DNA from: a virus | Strand: one strand, 5' to 3' | Length of the DNA: 64,000 bases | IMG/VR virus record: IMGVR_UViG_3300022924_000016 | Location: 64,001 to 128,000 of that record | Part shown: positions 19,179-30,327 of the stretch, one piece after another | How the letters are laid out: every line of letters begins with the position of its first letter | Position numbering within the stretch: position 1 is the first letter of the stretch | Made by a program: the position numbers and the translations under genes | Notes under the pieces: generated by a model | Database searches by the model: none | What the model saw: only the letters and a program-made list of their open reading frames with translations | Told to the model about the DNA's origin: nothing

Positions 19179-21827
19179 ATGGCAAACTATACTTCCAAGG
19201 ACATAACCCTAGCTCCCGTAACAACGAGCATTAATCTGCCTCTGATACAGCAAGTATTGCAGGTAAAACAGGGTACGTACAATCAGGCGGATGCACAAGT
19301 CCAAGCAGGATTATCTTCTCTTGAAAACTTAAAACTTTTAAGACCGCAAGACACAGAATACCTAAACTCTAAGATTAGAGGTATGACGGCTTCTTTGGAT
19401 AATATGCAGGATAAGGATTTATCTAATCCAAATGTAGCTTCAAATTTCTATTCCACTATAAAATCAGTAGCGAGAGACCCATTTGTAGTAGAGGCCGCAT
19501 CAAATACAGTGAAGTATCAACAGTTTCAAGCACAGATGCAAGACATACAGAAGAAAAATCCTGATAAGTTCCATCAGATAAACTATCAGTTTGCTTTAGA
19601 TAAGGCAGGATTAAACCAGTATATGGAAGGAGCTACAAACTCTTTGGGCAGTTTCTCTTATCATAATTATTCCGATTATAATAAAAATCTTTTGGATAGG
19701 ATGAAGACTTTGAAAGATGTCAGAGGCGACAGGGAAGTCCAAATACAAGGAAATGGAGTAAATGGCTATCCTGAAGGAACACTGATAACTAAAAAATTAA
19801 GTGGTTTAACACCTCAAGAAATTGTAGATTATGTTCCAGGCATGATGACTTCAGAAGATGATATGCAGATGAGGATAGAGGGTTGGTGGACAGGTAAGCA
19901 AAATCCGCAACAACTAGACTCAGAATTTTCGCAATACACGGAAAATAAAAAAGAACAGCTTGATTCAAGTATAAATCTATTAGAGACTAAGGTAAATAAT
20001 AAGCAGAATACGGAAGAAGAAAGAGAAACAGCCAGACAGCAATTAAGGGCTTTCAGAGCGGAAAAAGAGAATTTCTTGAAAAATAGCGCAACGGCAACTT
20101 TAGAAGAGAAGGGATATTTTGTCAAAAAGAATGATTATGTAAAAGCATTGGCAACAAGTGCAGGAGCATCTGAGAGTGTAAGTATATCCGAAGACAAAGC
20201 TTACTTTGCACGTCAAAATCTACAGTTAAAAACAGAAGAGCTAGATATAAAAAGAGCAGAGTTAGCACTAAAACAACAAAAAGCTGGAACTACAGGAGGT
20301 CTCTATGGCATGGAAGGTATTAGTGAATCGCCACTCACAGCAGAAACAGCCCCTAATATTGACCCGATAGAACAAGTTACAGAAAACTATAAATTAACAC
20401 AAGGACAGCTTACAGAAAATATCTTAGATATATACAAATCTAACGCTACAGCAAGTGAAATAAAAGACCAATACTCGGCATCTATGAATGCTATGGGATA
20501 CACGCCAGAGGGGAACTTGTTAAATGCAAATAAACAGCCAACTATAGATAAGGCAACGGCTATGTCTAAAGCTTTTGAAGACTCAAAAATGTATTTATCT
20601 AATCCTGATAAAGCAGCGGAGATTGTAAGATTGAAAACATTAGCTGATAATTCAGCCTTAGATTATAATAACACTATAGGCTCCGCTTCCAAAGAACTTT
20701 TTAACAGTGCTCCCCAAAAATACATTAGTGAATTTGTTGAAAAAATAAAAGCTTTGGAGATGGAAGATGACGGATTTATAACAGGATTATTCGGTATTGG
20801 AGGAGGTTCGGAAAGAGTACAGAATTTAACAGCTGAAGCAAGAAAGTTCATAAATGAAGTAGGGGGAGAGAGAAATTTAAAGAGTATAGGAAGCAATAAT
20901 GCGAGACTAGAAAAATTTAGAGACCTTTATGGTAAACTTTCGCAAGAAAAAGAATATAATCTGAATTTTAGATTAGGGAATATGACGTTCGCTAGAGATG
21001 TGGAGGCAAAAGCAGGAGAACTTCTTAAATCTACAGGAGTGATGACTTCTTATGGAAGTGCCAATCAAGCAACTCTTAGTAATGAAAGTCAAAATCAAAG
21101 ACTTATATCAATGATTCCTACAACGGAAGAGAGTAGACCATTTGACCCAAAGAAAAAAATAACAGTATATCAAAGAATTGTAGATGGAAGCCCTTCATTT
21201 GTAGTAGAGCAAAATGTCGGTTTTAATGAGAAAATGGGACAGATTAAAAAAGCAACAGCTGTACTGACTCCTAAAATGGCAGGATATGAATTCCTAAGAC
21301 AAAGCTTAGATATGAATGAATCTTCAAGAGGACTCAGTGCAGAAGTAGCAAAAGAAAAAATAAGTATTGCGAAAAATCCAGCATATATAAAAGATGACGG
21401 AAAGTACGCACCTAAAATTGCAGATTACCTGTTAAAAAACACTCCTCCTAACTATATAGGAAAAGCATTTTTCGCAAACCCAGCAAATTATTTGACTAAA
21501 ACTAATACGGAAGAGGCTTATTCAAATGTTTTAAGGAATAACTTTACTCCCGAACAAATACAGCAAGTTACAGAGCATATTTCAAGCCGTCTATCCCAAT
21601 ATAAAATTGATCTAGAACCCTTGGATGGAGAATGGTATATGTCTCTGGAAGATAAAGAAACAGGTGCAGATTATAGAGGTGGAAAATTAGGACAGAAAAA
21701 TTTAGAAACTCAATTTTTAAACATTGCTCAAAATTATCCTCATACAATAGTCTTAGACTTCTTTTTAAGAGACCTAGCTACAAACAATAAAAATGCATTT
21801 AATAGAATTATGAATAATGGCAGATAA
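19179..21827 (+). CDS. internal virion (cargo/ejection) protein
   Basis: 882 aa, helical/coiled-coil, Cys-free, inside cargo cluster. Confidence 0.6.
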   Translation: MANYTSKDITLAPVTTSINLPLIQQVLQVKQGTYNQADAQVQAGLSSLENLKLLRPQDTEYLNSKIRGMTASLDNMQDKDLSNPNVASNFYSTIKSVARDPFVVEAASNTVKYQQFQAQMQDIQKKNPDKFHQINYQFALDKAGLNQYMEGATNSLGSFSYHNYSDYNKNLLDRMKTLKDVRGDREVQIQGNGVNGYPEGTLITKKLSGLTPQEIVDYVPGMMTSEDDMQMRIEGWWTGKQNPQQLDSEFSQYTENKKEQLDSSINLLETKVNNKQNTEEERETARQQLRAFRAEKENFLKNSATATLEEKGYFVKKNDYVKALATSAGASESVSISEDKAYFARQNLQLKTEELDIKRAELALKQQKAGTTGGLYGMEGISESPLTAETAPNIDPIEQVTENYKLTQGQLTENILDIYKSNATASEIKDQYSASMNAMGYTPEGNLLNANKQPTIDKATAMSKAFEDSKMYLSNPDKAAEIVRLKTLADNSALDYNNTIGSASKELFNSAPQKYISEFVEKIKALEMEDDGFITGLFGIGGGSERVQNLTAEARKFINEVGGERNLKSIGSNNARLEKFRDLYGKLSQEKEYNLNFRLGNMTFARDVEAKAGELLKSTGVMTSYGSANQATLSNESQNQRLISMIPTTEESRPFDPKKKITVYQRIVDGSPSFVVEQNVGFNEKMGQIKKATAVLTPKMAGYEFLRQSLDMNESSRGLSAEVAKEKISIAKNPAYIKDDGKYAPKIADYLLKNTPPNYIGKAFFANPANYLTKTNTEEAYSNVLRNNFTPEQIQQVTEHISSRLSQYKIDLEPLDGEWYMSLEDKETGADYRGGKLGQKNLETQFLNIAQNYPHTIVLDFFLRDLATNNKNAFNRIMNNGR

Positions 21828-24800
21828 CAACTTAAATGCGCTTATAGATAATAAAACTATTTCGCCAGAACTTCAGGCAGTTGAACAGGATATTAGAACT
21901 AGAGCAAGTACTCCTCAAATAGACCCTTCTAAAACTAACGGAATTATAAGCAATATTAAAACCGATAATGACTATTTTTACAAGGCTCCTATTAACAGTC
22001 CTCAAAAGATAGCATTAGAGTCGAAAAATTACAATATAAATGATGCTTATGCTCAACTTAATGATGGTACCTACATAGCAAAATATGATACTTATAAAGA
22101 AGGAGCAAACAATAATGAGATTCATGCACAAAATCAAGGAACAGGAGAAAAGTGGCTTAATGGCTTAGCTAAATTTGGAGGCAAAACTCTAAACGCAGTT
22201 ATAGGCGGAACAGCAGGAGTTGTTTATGGAGCAGGGGCGGGAATAGCAGATTGGAAATTTGACTCTGTTTACGATAATAATTTTTCAAACTGGCTAGGAG
22301 ATTTAGATACCAAAATGAACTACAATCTTCCTAACTACTACACGCAACAGGAAACACAAAAAGGATTGGGAGGACAATTATTCACTTCTAATTTTTGGGC
22401 GGATAAAGTTCTAGGAGGATTGTCTTTTACAGCAGGAGCAATTGTATCAGAGGGTATATGGGCTTATGCAACAGGAGGAACTTCTCTAGCAACCACTACC
22501 GCAAGATGGTCTACAAGAACAGCGGGTATGGCAAGAATAGCTAGCGGGACTTCAAAGTTTTCAAGACTTTTAAAAAATTCACTCACAGTAGGAGAGGATG
22601 TAGCAAGAGTAGGTACGGGATTGGTAGATGATTCTATAAACGTGGGAAGAGCCGTAGCTTTTGGTAAGGCGGGAGATGCTTTAAACACTTTAAGATTTAC
22701 AATGACTTCGGCAGGATATGAAGCCTCCGTTGAAGCCTTGCAGTATAAAAAAGAACAAGAGGAAAACTTTTATAGAAATTTTCAAGAAAAAAACGGAAGA
22801 CAGCCCGATCAAGAAGAGATAACAGCTTTTCAAGAAAATCTAAGTTCCTCTGCAAATGCAGTTTTTGGAGTGAATATGGCTTTGGTGGGAAGTTCTAATT
22901 TGGTAACTCTAGGAAGAGTATTCAATCTAAAATCACCTGTAAAAACAGGTTTTGGAGAGATGTACAACAGAGCCTTGTATGGAATAGGAAAAGCAACGCC
23001 TTCAAGACTCCAATCCATTAATAGAAGAATATTACCCTTTGTTCAAAATGCAGTAACTGAGGGACTTTATGAAGAAGGTGGTCAATCGATTACTTCAGCT
23101 ACGGCAGGAAAATGGCTAGAACATGCTTACGATACAAACAACACAAAAGACTCTTTTGATTTAGCAGGGGCTTTATATGAAAACATTTCTCACCAATATG
23201 GTTCAAAAGAAGGATGGGTTGAGAATGGAGTAGGTATAATCATTGGTCTTTTAGGAGAGGCTGGGACAGGAAATACAAGAGGAGGAATAAGCAGGCAAGT
23301 TCAAGAATTTGAGAACCGTTCAAAATTAAATGAAACTTATACTTCAAAAGCATTATCGGAGCATTTCTTGATGATGAACCGTATTAACGGGTTTAATAAA
23401 CAATCAGAAGATGCGCAAAAAAGAGGCAATCTTACAGAAGCTAGAATAGCACAAGACGGAGTAATATTTTCACTTTTAAACAATCGTTACCAATTAGGAG
23501 ATTCTGTTTCAGATGTAGGCTTAGATATTGAAAAAGCTTTGGGAACAGTTACGCAAGACCAGCTAACAGAAATGGGAGTAGAAACTGATTTAGACACTTG
23601 GAAACAAGAACAGTCAACAGCGTTCTCAGAAGTTGCAAAATCTTTCAAAAAGAACAGACAGTTTGCAGAATATATAATAGGAAGAAATCCTGTTGCGGGA
23701 ATACAGGAATTAGAGTCAGTTAACCAACTCAATGGAATTACGGACGAAAATGGAAACTCTCGAATAAATAATCAAGAAGCTCTTATACAAAGTCTAGCTT
23801 TTACAATGATGGGTGGTCAAAGATCGCATACCACCATGAAGGAAGCTGTTCAAGAGATGTCTGAGATTTTAGATTATGAAAAAGTAAAGGCTTTAGATAC
23901 AATATCTAGCTTAGAAACAGTAACTCAAGAAAAAAGAAATCAAGTAAATATTGCTATAAACAGAAGCAATTCTTTAGAGGAGCAAAGAGGAAGACTTGTA
24001 GAACAGTTAAGAAATATTCAGGAAACCACGCAAGGGGATACTGACACAGGAACTAAAGTTTTGAGGTTATCTGACAGGCTTGCAAAACTTACAAACCTGA
24101 TTGATTCTAATAATACAGAATTACAGCAACTTGCAGATGAAGTAAATCTAAATAACAAAACTTTAGAACAGACCACAGGCGTAAACCTAAATCAAGGTTT
24201 AGATATTCAGAGTATCAGTGTAGAGGACTTAAAAAACCTTGATTCAAATATCAAAAATTTAGGGTCTGTAATGGATGCTATAAAAGCTTCTAATCCTGAA
24301 AATTCTGCCAGACTTGAAGCAATTTTAGAAGAGTACAAGAACTCTAGAAAAACATTTGGAGCTTATCAGTCAACTGTATTAGCTTTCAGGGATGGAAAAG
24401 TAAACATTGATAACATCAATACTTTAGTTGGGCGCAAAGTCTTAAAAAAGAACAAAAACTTAGATTCGGCAACAAAAGAGTGGCTGTCAGAAATTTTAGG
24501 AAATTACTCAAAACAAGCTGTAGACGCTTTAGATGAGTTAACTAAAATTAACAACAGAACCACTGTTATTTCAAACGAGTCTATAGTAGATAAGAGAAGA
24601 AGAGGTGATACTTTATCAGAAGAGGAACAAACGTACTACAACGAAAATAAGACGGAGATAGATACTTTTATGAAAAGAGAGCCTATACTTCCAGTTGTAC
24701 CCTTACCAACAGCTAAAACTAAACTTCAATACCTGAGAGAAAGACTTGCTAATTTAGTTTCTAGGTCTAATAACTCCTTGACTTTTATTGGGACTTCAAC

Positions 24801-27069
24801 AGACGAATTTCTTTTAGAAAAACCAACACAAGCGGAAGTAGCAGAATACCAAAATCTATTAAGAGGAGAAACGGGGGAAAAAGCACAACTTTATCAAAAA
24901 CTTGACAATTTATATGAAACACTTTTATCCAATGGGAACAGTGAATCAGAAGCAGAAAGACTAGCTTTAGAATCGCTAACAGAGCAAGAAAGAAATCTTT
25001 TAAGACAGAGAAGTCCGAAAAGAAGAGAAGTGGAAAACTCTTCTGAATTAATAGTAGGCCAAAGGGTAAGCACTCTGACCGACCAAGGAACGGTTACTTC
25101 AATTGATGGAGAATTGGTAACTATTGACTTAGACCAAAAAGGAACATTGACCGCAAACCCAAGACTTGTAGAAATTTTTACCGAGCCTTCAGTAGTAAAC
25201 GTAGATAGATTAGAGCTGTTAAGGGAAAAATTATCAAATTGGAAAGTTTTAGACAGTTTCATAAATGAGGAAGGACTAACAATGGCTGACCTTGCAGAAT
25301 TGATTCAACAGCAACAGCAGAACATTTCAGAGCAAGAAACCATAACTGAAATCACAGAAGATGATTCTTATGCTATGACTCAAGAATCTCAAGCAGGAGA
25401 AAAACTTGATGATTATACTCTGGCACAAAATGTCACAGGAAATGCCACAATAAAGAGAAATAAAGACGGCTCTGTGACTTTGCATCACATATCAGCACAA
25501 TCTCTGGTAAATATCATAGGGGAGCCTTTCCAAGCTACAAGAAAAGGCAAGCCTATTGATATATCGGAAATCGCAATAGGCGATATAGTTACGACAGAAA
25601 GTGGATTAATGTTTTCAGTAGAGTCAGGAAACATCTTGAAAACGAGGAGTGAAGCATTTGATAACATCCCTCTTTTAGTAGTAAGAAGTGCCTCTACAAG
25701 CTGGACTTATGCAGATTTATACTATTTTAACGGTTCGGAGTATGTAAAGAAACCTTCAGACTTTTTTGAAGATATCCAAGCAGATGAGATTTATAATCTT
25801 GAACAAGGCGCGCCTATAAGATTTGAAATTGACAGGCAGGACAGTTACACAAAACAGCTTTTAGATAAATACAAAAAATCACCCACGGAAGAAAATCGAA
25901 AAGCTTTAACAGACGGTATTAAAATTTATTTAGTTTCAAAGGGTAGAAGAATTTCAACTTTAAAAGGAGAAAGAGGCGCATCACCTGATAATTTCAAGCT
26001 TTTAAGAGAAAAGGCTTTTGAATTAGCTATACAGGACAGCTATGAAGCAGACCTCCAAGCAACTTCAACAGTTTCGGCAGTATTTTTAGGGAGCCCTCAA
26101 TTTTTCATTTCAGAAGACGGGCAGTTAGAATCAAGACCATTCACAGAAACTTCATTAGATAAAGTTTTGACTAAAGGGTATATTTTAAATGGTGAAGTCG
26201 TAACATCAGAAGACCTACCACAAGTAAATACTTCCTACGTATCTAAGATTTCAAGAAAATACCCTCAAAGAAAAATGCCCTTGGTGGTTGTAAAAAGAGG
26301 TGAAAATTACGTAGCTTTGCCAATATTTTTGAATAAATCACCTTTAGGGCAAAGAGGATTAGACATGGTGGAGAATGCCATAGAAACAGCCACGAGTCCA
26401 ATAGAAGTTGCAAAGAACTTGAATGCACTGATTAACCAAGAAGGTATCAGAACTGAAAAGGTACTACCGCAAGAAGTTACAGATGAAAATCTTGAAAGAA
26501 TCAGAACAGCTTTTCAAGAACATTTAATTTTCACAACAGCAGATGAAATAGCTTCACAAGATTATAACAAATCTAATCTTTTAGTGGATGCTCAGATGTA
26601 TATTGACGCAGATAATCTAGAACAGGTAATCAATGCTCCAAAAGTAAGAATAGATATTCAAAATATGCTTTTCAATCAAGAAGCAACCTTTGATACATCT
26701 GATGTCAAAACTTCGGTGGAAAATGAATTAGATACTTTAGCAAAAGACCTTTATAACGATTTCATAAGAAATGCTTCCGCAACTTACGTAAATTCCAAAG
26801 GAGATATCATAGAAAATTCCTATACGGATGCCTTTGACGAAGAAAGTATGATGGAAGGGAGTTCACACCTTGATAAACTTCACAACATACGAATTTTAAG
26901 AGAAGCTTTCAAAGTGGATTTCTCTAAAAATAAGATTTTGAGGGATGCTGTAGGAAACGACAAGATTGAAAGAATAAAAATTCTTTTCGGTATTTTAGAT
27001 AACATCAACAAACAAGTAAAGCCTAAAGAAGATATTCTGAAATCGGGCAATAACAACACTAAATGTTAA
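21817..27069 (+). CDS. large internal virion/ejection protein with N-terminal Gly-rich hydrophobic helices
   Basis: 1750 aa; hydrophobic segments AVIGGTAGVVYGAGAGIA, VLGGLSFTAGAIV; single Cys is the last residue. Confidence 0.65.
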   Translation: MADNNLNALIDNKTISPELQAVEQDIRTRASTPQIDPSKTNGIISNIKTDNDYFYKAPINSPQKIALESKNYNINDAYAQLNDGTYIAKYDTYKEGANNNEIHAQNQGTGEKWLNGLAKFGGKTLNAVIGGTAGVVYGAGAGIADWKFDSVYDNNFSNWLGDLDTKMNYNLPNYYTQQETQKGLGGQLFTSNFWADKVLGGLSFTAGAIVSEGIWAYATGGTSLATTTARWSTRTAGMARIASGTSKFSRLLKNSLTVGEDVARVGTGLVDDSINVGRAVAFGKAGDALNTLRFTMTSAGYEASVEALQYKKEQEENFYRNFQEKNGRQPDQEEITAFQENLSSSANAVFGVNMALVGSSNLVTLGRVFNLKSPVKTGFGEMYNRALYGIGKATPSRLQSINRRILPFVQNAVTEGLYEEGGQSITSATAGKWLEHAYDTNNTKDSFDLAGALYENISHQYGSKEGWVENGVGIIIGLLGEAGTGNTRGGISRQVQEFENRSKLNETYTSKALSEHFLMMNRINGFNKQSEDAQKRGNLTEARIAQDGVIFSLLNNRYQLGDSVSDVGLDIEKALGTVTQDQLTEMGVETDLDTWKQEQSTAFSEVAKSFKKNRQFAEYIIGRNPVAGIQELESVNQLNGITDENGNSRINNQEALIQSLAFTMMGGQRSHTTMKEAVQEMSEILDYEKVKALDTISSLETVTQEKRNQVNIAINRSNSLEEQRGRLVEQLRNIQETTQGDTDTGTKVLRLSDRLAKLTNLIDSNNTELQQLADEVNLNNKTLEQTTGVNLNQGLDIQSISVEDLKNLDSNIKNLGSVMDAIKASNPENSARLEAILEEYKNSRKTFGAYQSTVLAFRDGKVNIDNINTLVGRKVLKKNKNLDSATKEWLSEILGNYSKQAVDALDELTKINNRTTVISNESIVDKRRRGDTLSEEEQTYYNENKTEIDTFMKREPILPVVPLPTAKTKLQYLRERLANLVSRSNNSLTFIGTSTDEFLLEKPTQAEVAEYQNLLRGETGEKAQLYQKLDNLYETLLSNGNSESEAERLALESLTEQERNLLRQRSPKRREVENSSELIVGQRVSTLTDQGTVTSIDGELVTIDLDQKGTLTANPRLVEIFTEPSVVNVDRLELLREKLSNWKVLDSFINEEGLTMADLAELIQQQQQNISEQETITEITEDDSYAMTQESQAGEKLDDYTLAQNVTGNATIKRNKDGSVTLHHISAQSLVNIIGEPFQATRKGKPIDISEIAIGDIVTTESGLMFSVESGNILKTRSEAFDNIPLLVVRSASTSWTYADLYYFNGSEYVKKPSDFFEDIQADEIYNLEQGAPIRFEIDRQDSYTKQLLDKYKKSPTEENRKALTDGIKIYLVSKGRRISTLKGERGASPDNFKLLREKAFELAIQDSYEADLQATSTVSAVFLGSPQFFISEDGQLESRPFTETSLDKVLTKGYILNGEVVTSEDLPQVNTSYVSKISRKYPQRKMPLVVVKRGENYVALPIFLNKSPLGQRGLDMVENAIETATSPIEVAKNLNALINQEGIRTEKVLPQEVTDENLERIRTAFQEHLIFTTADEIASQDYNKSNLLVDAQMYIDADNLEQVINAPKVRIDIQNMLFNQEATFDTSDVKTSVENELDTLAKDLYNDFIRNASATYVNSKGDIIENSYTDAFDEESMMEGSSHLDKLHNIRILREAFKVDFSKNKILRDAVGNDKIERIKILFGILDNINKQVKPKEDILKSGNNNTKC

Positions 27070-27073
27070 TAAA

Positions 27074-29371
27074 TTGAGCTGTAATATAATAAGAGAAAAT
27101 GGAGAAATAAGAGTAGTGACGGATCAAGATACTCCGTCATTGCTTTTCCAGGAGCTAAAAGAAAAATTCACCCAAGAAGAAGCTTTAGAAATCTATAAGG
27201 CTTCTAAATCAGAGGCTTTTGAAACTGTCAACAGAGCTAAGAATGCTTTATTATACTCAGTGAACCAAACTGATGTAAGACTTTCTAGGCAAATCAATGG
27301 AAACTCAATCTCCTATATTCCGACAATCAGAGGAAAAAGAATAGGAACTTTGAGGATAAAAGGGGACAGGGTAGATATGATAACTATTTATGACGCTTTC
27401 AAAGGCAAAGGATACGGAAAGAGTCTTTACAAGCAAGTGGCTAAAGATTTATTTCAGAGAGGAGTACAGCTAAAAAGCGATAATGCTTCAAGTCAAGATG
27501 ATTTGAATGTGTGGGAGTCCCTTGTGAGAGATAATCTTGCCGAGCAGACACCGGACGGCAGATATCAGTTCCTACTCCAAAACAGCTACCCAAACGGCGA
27601 ACCCTCAATGCAAAGCGTCTTAGAATTCCTAAGAAATCAAAACCGCACACAAAGGGAACTTGACACAGAGGAAAGAATAGAACTTAAAAATTTATCTTTA
27701 GGATTTCAAGGAGATTTAAAAGCGGAGATGAACAGGGTATTTTATGACCAAGAAAATTTTTTTACAATAGTCCCGCAAAAAATGCAATCTTTATATTCGC
27801 AATATGAAATTGACAGGATTTTGAAATCACCAAGCCTGCAAAATCAAATAAAAGAAAGTTTAGAAGCATTTCAAAATACGGAATTTGATTTAGTTACAGA
27901 ACAAGAGGTGCCACAAGAACAGTTAGTAAAATCAAGCACAATAGGAAAGTTTGGAAAAGCCCTTTATGAGAATCCAAACCGTCTAAAACAAGATTTGATG
28001 GAGGAAATTGCTGGCGTAGAGGAAGACATGTTTGAAGAAAATCCTTTTATAACTTTAGAAGAATCACAAGAATTTGTAAAAGCAAGAGTTTTAGCAGATG
28101 TAGACGGAACGATAGTAGAGCCTAATCTAGGAGACCGTTTAGCGATTTCGGCTACAATCTTAAAGAATCCTTATAAGGCTGTTTCTGCAATTGTCAAAAT
28201 TACAAATATCTCAGATGAAACTCTTCTAGAAAATCCACAAGAAACTTATAAAGCTCTGAGCAACATTGAAAACGAAGCCTTGAAAATGGGGATAGATGTC
28301 ATAGGAATAAAAGACCAAGCAGATAATCCAACTCTGAAACCTTTCTTAAATGCTTTAGGGGGTGTTATGGAAAATCCCATAGAAGAAAACTTGGCAACAT
28401 TTTCTAAACTCTACTCAGAATTCTTTCCAAGGCAAATCCAAGAAACAAAAGCAATAAGACAGCCTAATGACAGAGATTATATCTACCTAAGAACAGCTTT
28501 GAGTGAGGGTGAAGTTTTCAATCAAATAGGGGCGATAAAAAAAGCGGAAAACGTTTATGTTCAAGTTAATGATAAAACTTTAGAAGAACTCTATGAAATA
28601 GCTTCATATTACAACCCAAGCCTCACACAACAGGAGAACCAAAGACAGGCTCTGAGAATAGAATCGCCCGAAAGAGAAACAGCAGAAAAAATAAATTTAT
28701 TTAAAACTATTTTAGGTTTCGAGGGTGTAAATGAGGGAATTAGTGAGGGTATGAACGAAACTGCTTTCACAGGAAACTACGAATACCTTACAAATGATTT
28801 CGTGGCAGAATTCAATATAAAATCCCTAAGAGAAAAGAAAAAGAATTCTCCAATGTGGCTCAATTTCTATTCAAATTTTGAAATTAATGAGCAAGGTATA
28901 AATTTAAAATATACAGACGACTCAACACTGTCAACAGTAGAAGAGTTAGCTGATGAAAATTTAAGGCAGTACTCTTTGATTTCAAAACAAATGCCGAATC
29001 TGAACCAAACTACTTTAGATGAGAATCCAGATATATCTCAAAAAGAAAGAGATTTTTACGTGAACAATCCACAGATGGCACCTCTGATGCAAAGTCCCAC
29101 AATAGTAGATTCAGAAACCCTAATATCGGATAGTCAAGAAAGGTTCACTAAAAGACAAGATGGAAGTTTATGGGAAAATGTGTTCACTCAAAATGGCAAA
29201 AGCTTATTTAAAAGACAAATGGTAAACAGATCGCAATACAATACCTTTGGAAACCCAAAACCACAATTTAATGAATATGACTTTGACTTGAAAGCAAGCA
29301 TGTCAGATAATTCAAATGTTAAAGATTCCCTAAAAGCAAAAAATATATTAAAAGAAAGTTTTGATTGTTAA
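27074..29371 (+). CDS. internal virion protein containing a GNAT acetyltransferase domain
   Basis: FKGKGYGKSLY acetyl-CoA motif A plus downstream LKSD...VWESL; TTG start; Cys only at residue 3 and at the C-terminus. Confidence 0.65.
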   Translation: MSCNIIRENGEIRVVTDQDTPSLLFQELKEKFTQEEALEIYKASKSEAFETVNRAKNALLYSVNQTDVRLSRQINGNSISYIPTIRGKRIGTLRIKGDRVDMITIYDAFKGKGYGKSLYKQVAKDLFQRGVQLKSDNASSQDDLNVWESLVRDNLAEQTPDGRYQFLLQNSYPNGEPSMQSVLEFLRNQNRTQRELDTEERIELKNLSLGFQGDLKAEMNRVFYDQENFFTIVPQKMQSLYSQYEIDRILKSPSLQNQIKESLEAFQNTEFDLVTEQEVPQEQLVKSSTIGKFGKALYENPNRLKQDLMEEIAGVEEDMFEENPFITLEESQEFVKARVLADVDGTIVEPNLGDRLAISATILKNPYKAVSAIVKITNISDETLLENPQETYKALSNIENEALKMGIDVIGIKDQADNPTLKPFLNALGGVMENPIEENLATFSKLYSEFFPRQIQETKAIRQPNDRDYIYLRTALSEGEVFNQIGAIKKAENVYVQVNDKTLEELYEIASYYNPSLTQQENQRQALRIESPERETAEKINLFKTILGFEGVNEGISEGMNETAFTGNYEYLTNDFVAEFNIKSLREKKKNSPMWLNFYSNFEINEQGINLKYTDDSTLSTVEELADENLRQYSLISKQMPNLNQTTLDENPDISQKERDFYVNNPQMAPLMQSPTIVDSETLISDSQERFTKRQDGSLWENVFTQNGKSLFKRQMVNRSQYNTFGNPKPQFNEYDFDLKASMSDNSNVKDSLKAKNILKESFDC

Positions 29372-29389
29372 TAAAGTTTACTATATTTG
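29360..29389 (+). promoter_or_regulatory. Bacteroidota promoter for the methyltransferase
   Basis: TTTG 29360-29363, 18-nt spacer, TATATTTG 29382-29389. Confidence 0.6.
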
Positions 29390-29405
29390 CTGAAAATATA
29401 AAAAT

Positions 29406-30326
29406 ATGGATAGAGGAATAAATGTTTTTGGAGCTTTTGATGGAATGAGTAATGGTCAAATAGCTTTAGAAAAACAAGGAATTAAAGTAAATAAATATTA
29501 TGCTTCTGAAATTGAAAAAGAGCCTATAGTTATAACGCAAAAAAATTATCCAAACACAATTCAATTAGGAAGTATTACCGAAATAGAGAATATTGATTGG
29601 CCAGCAAGGAAGATTGATCTATTTATAGGAGGAAGCCCTTGTCAAAATTTCAGTTTTGCAGGCTCTGCACAAGGATTGAGACAAGATAATATAGAAATTA
29701 CAAATCTAGAAAAGTATAATAAATTAAAACAAGAGAATTTTGTCTTTGAGGGACAATCTTATTTGTTTTGGGAATATGTTAGACTTTTAAAAGAGGTTCA
29801 AAAAGTGAATCCTCAAGTAAAGTTCCTCTTAGAAAATGTCAAGATGGCAAAAAAATGGGAGAATGTAATTACAGAAGCTTTGGGTGTAAAACCAAAAGAA
29901 ATAAATTCAAAACACTTTTGTGCCCAAAATCGACCTAGACTATATTGGACTAACATACAAATAGACAGTTTACCAAATAATGGCGATGTTATAAAAGACA
30001 TACTAGAAAAAGATGCAGATTTTAATTTCAACTATGCAGGATGGATGCTAAATAAATGGGGTGAAAAAAGAAGATTGGATCAATTCTTTAATGTAGATAA
30101 TAAAGCTAGTTGTTTAACTGCAAACATGGCAAAAGGTCAAAAACCAAGCTACTGTGTAAATGACGAAAAAGCAATACATAAATTTACAGTTAATGAATGC
30201 GAAAGGCTCCAAACAGTACCCTTTGATTACACGAAAGGTGTTTCTAATGGAGCAAGATATAAAATGCTCGGTAACGGTTGGACAGTAGATGTCATAGCCC
30301 ATATATTTAAAAACTTAAAACAATAA
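29406..30326 (+). CDS. C5 cytosine DNA methyltransferase
   Basis: FDGMS (motif I), GGSPCQ (IV), LLENV (VI), QNRPRLYW (VIII), LGNGW (X). Confidence 0.92.
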   Translation: MDRGINVFGAFDGMSNGQIALEKQGIKVNKYYASEIEKEPIVITQKNYPNTIQLGSITEIENIDWPARKIDLFIGGSPCQNFSFAGSAQGLRQDNIEITNLEKYNKLKQENFVFEGQSYLFWEYVRLLKEVQKVNPQVKFLLENVKMAKKWENVITEALGVKPKEINSKHFCAQNRPRLYWTNIQIDSLPNNGDVIKDILEKDADFNFNYAGWMLNKWGEKRRLDQFFNVDNKASCLTANMAKGQKPSYCVNDEKAIHKFTVNECERLQTVPFDYTKGVSNGARYKMLGNGWTVDVIAHIFKNLKQ

Positions 30327-30327
30327 A

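Noticed and set aside
29270-29295. YDFDL as an RNA polymerase catalytic motif
   Set aside because: Lacks the third Asp and lies about 30 aa from the C-terminus with no barrel context.
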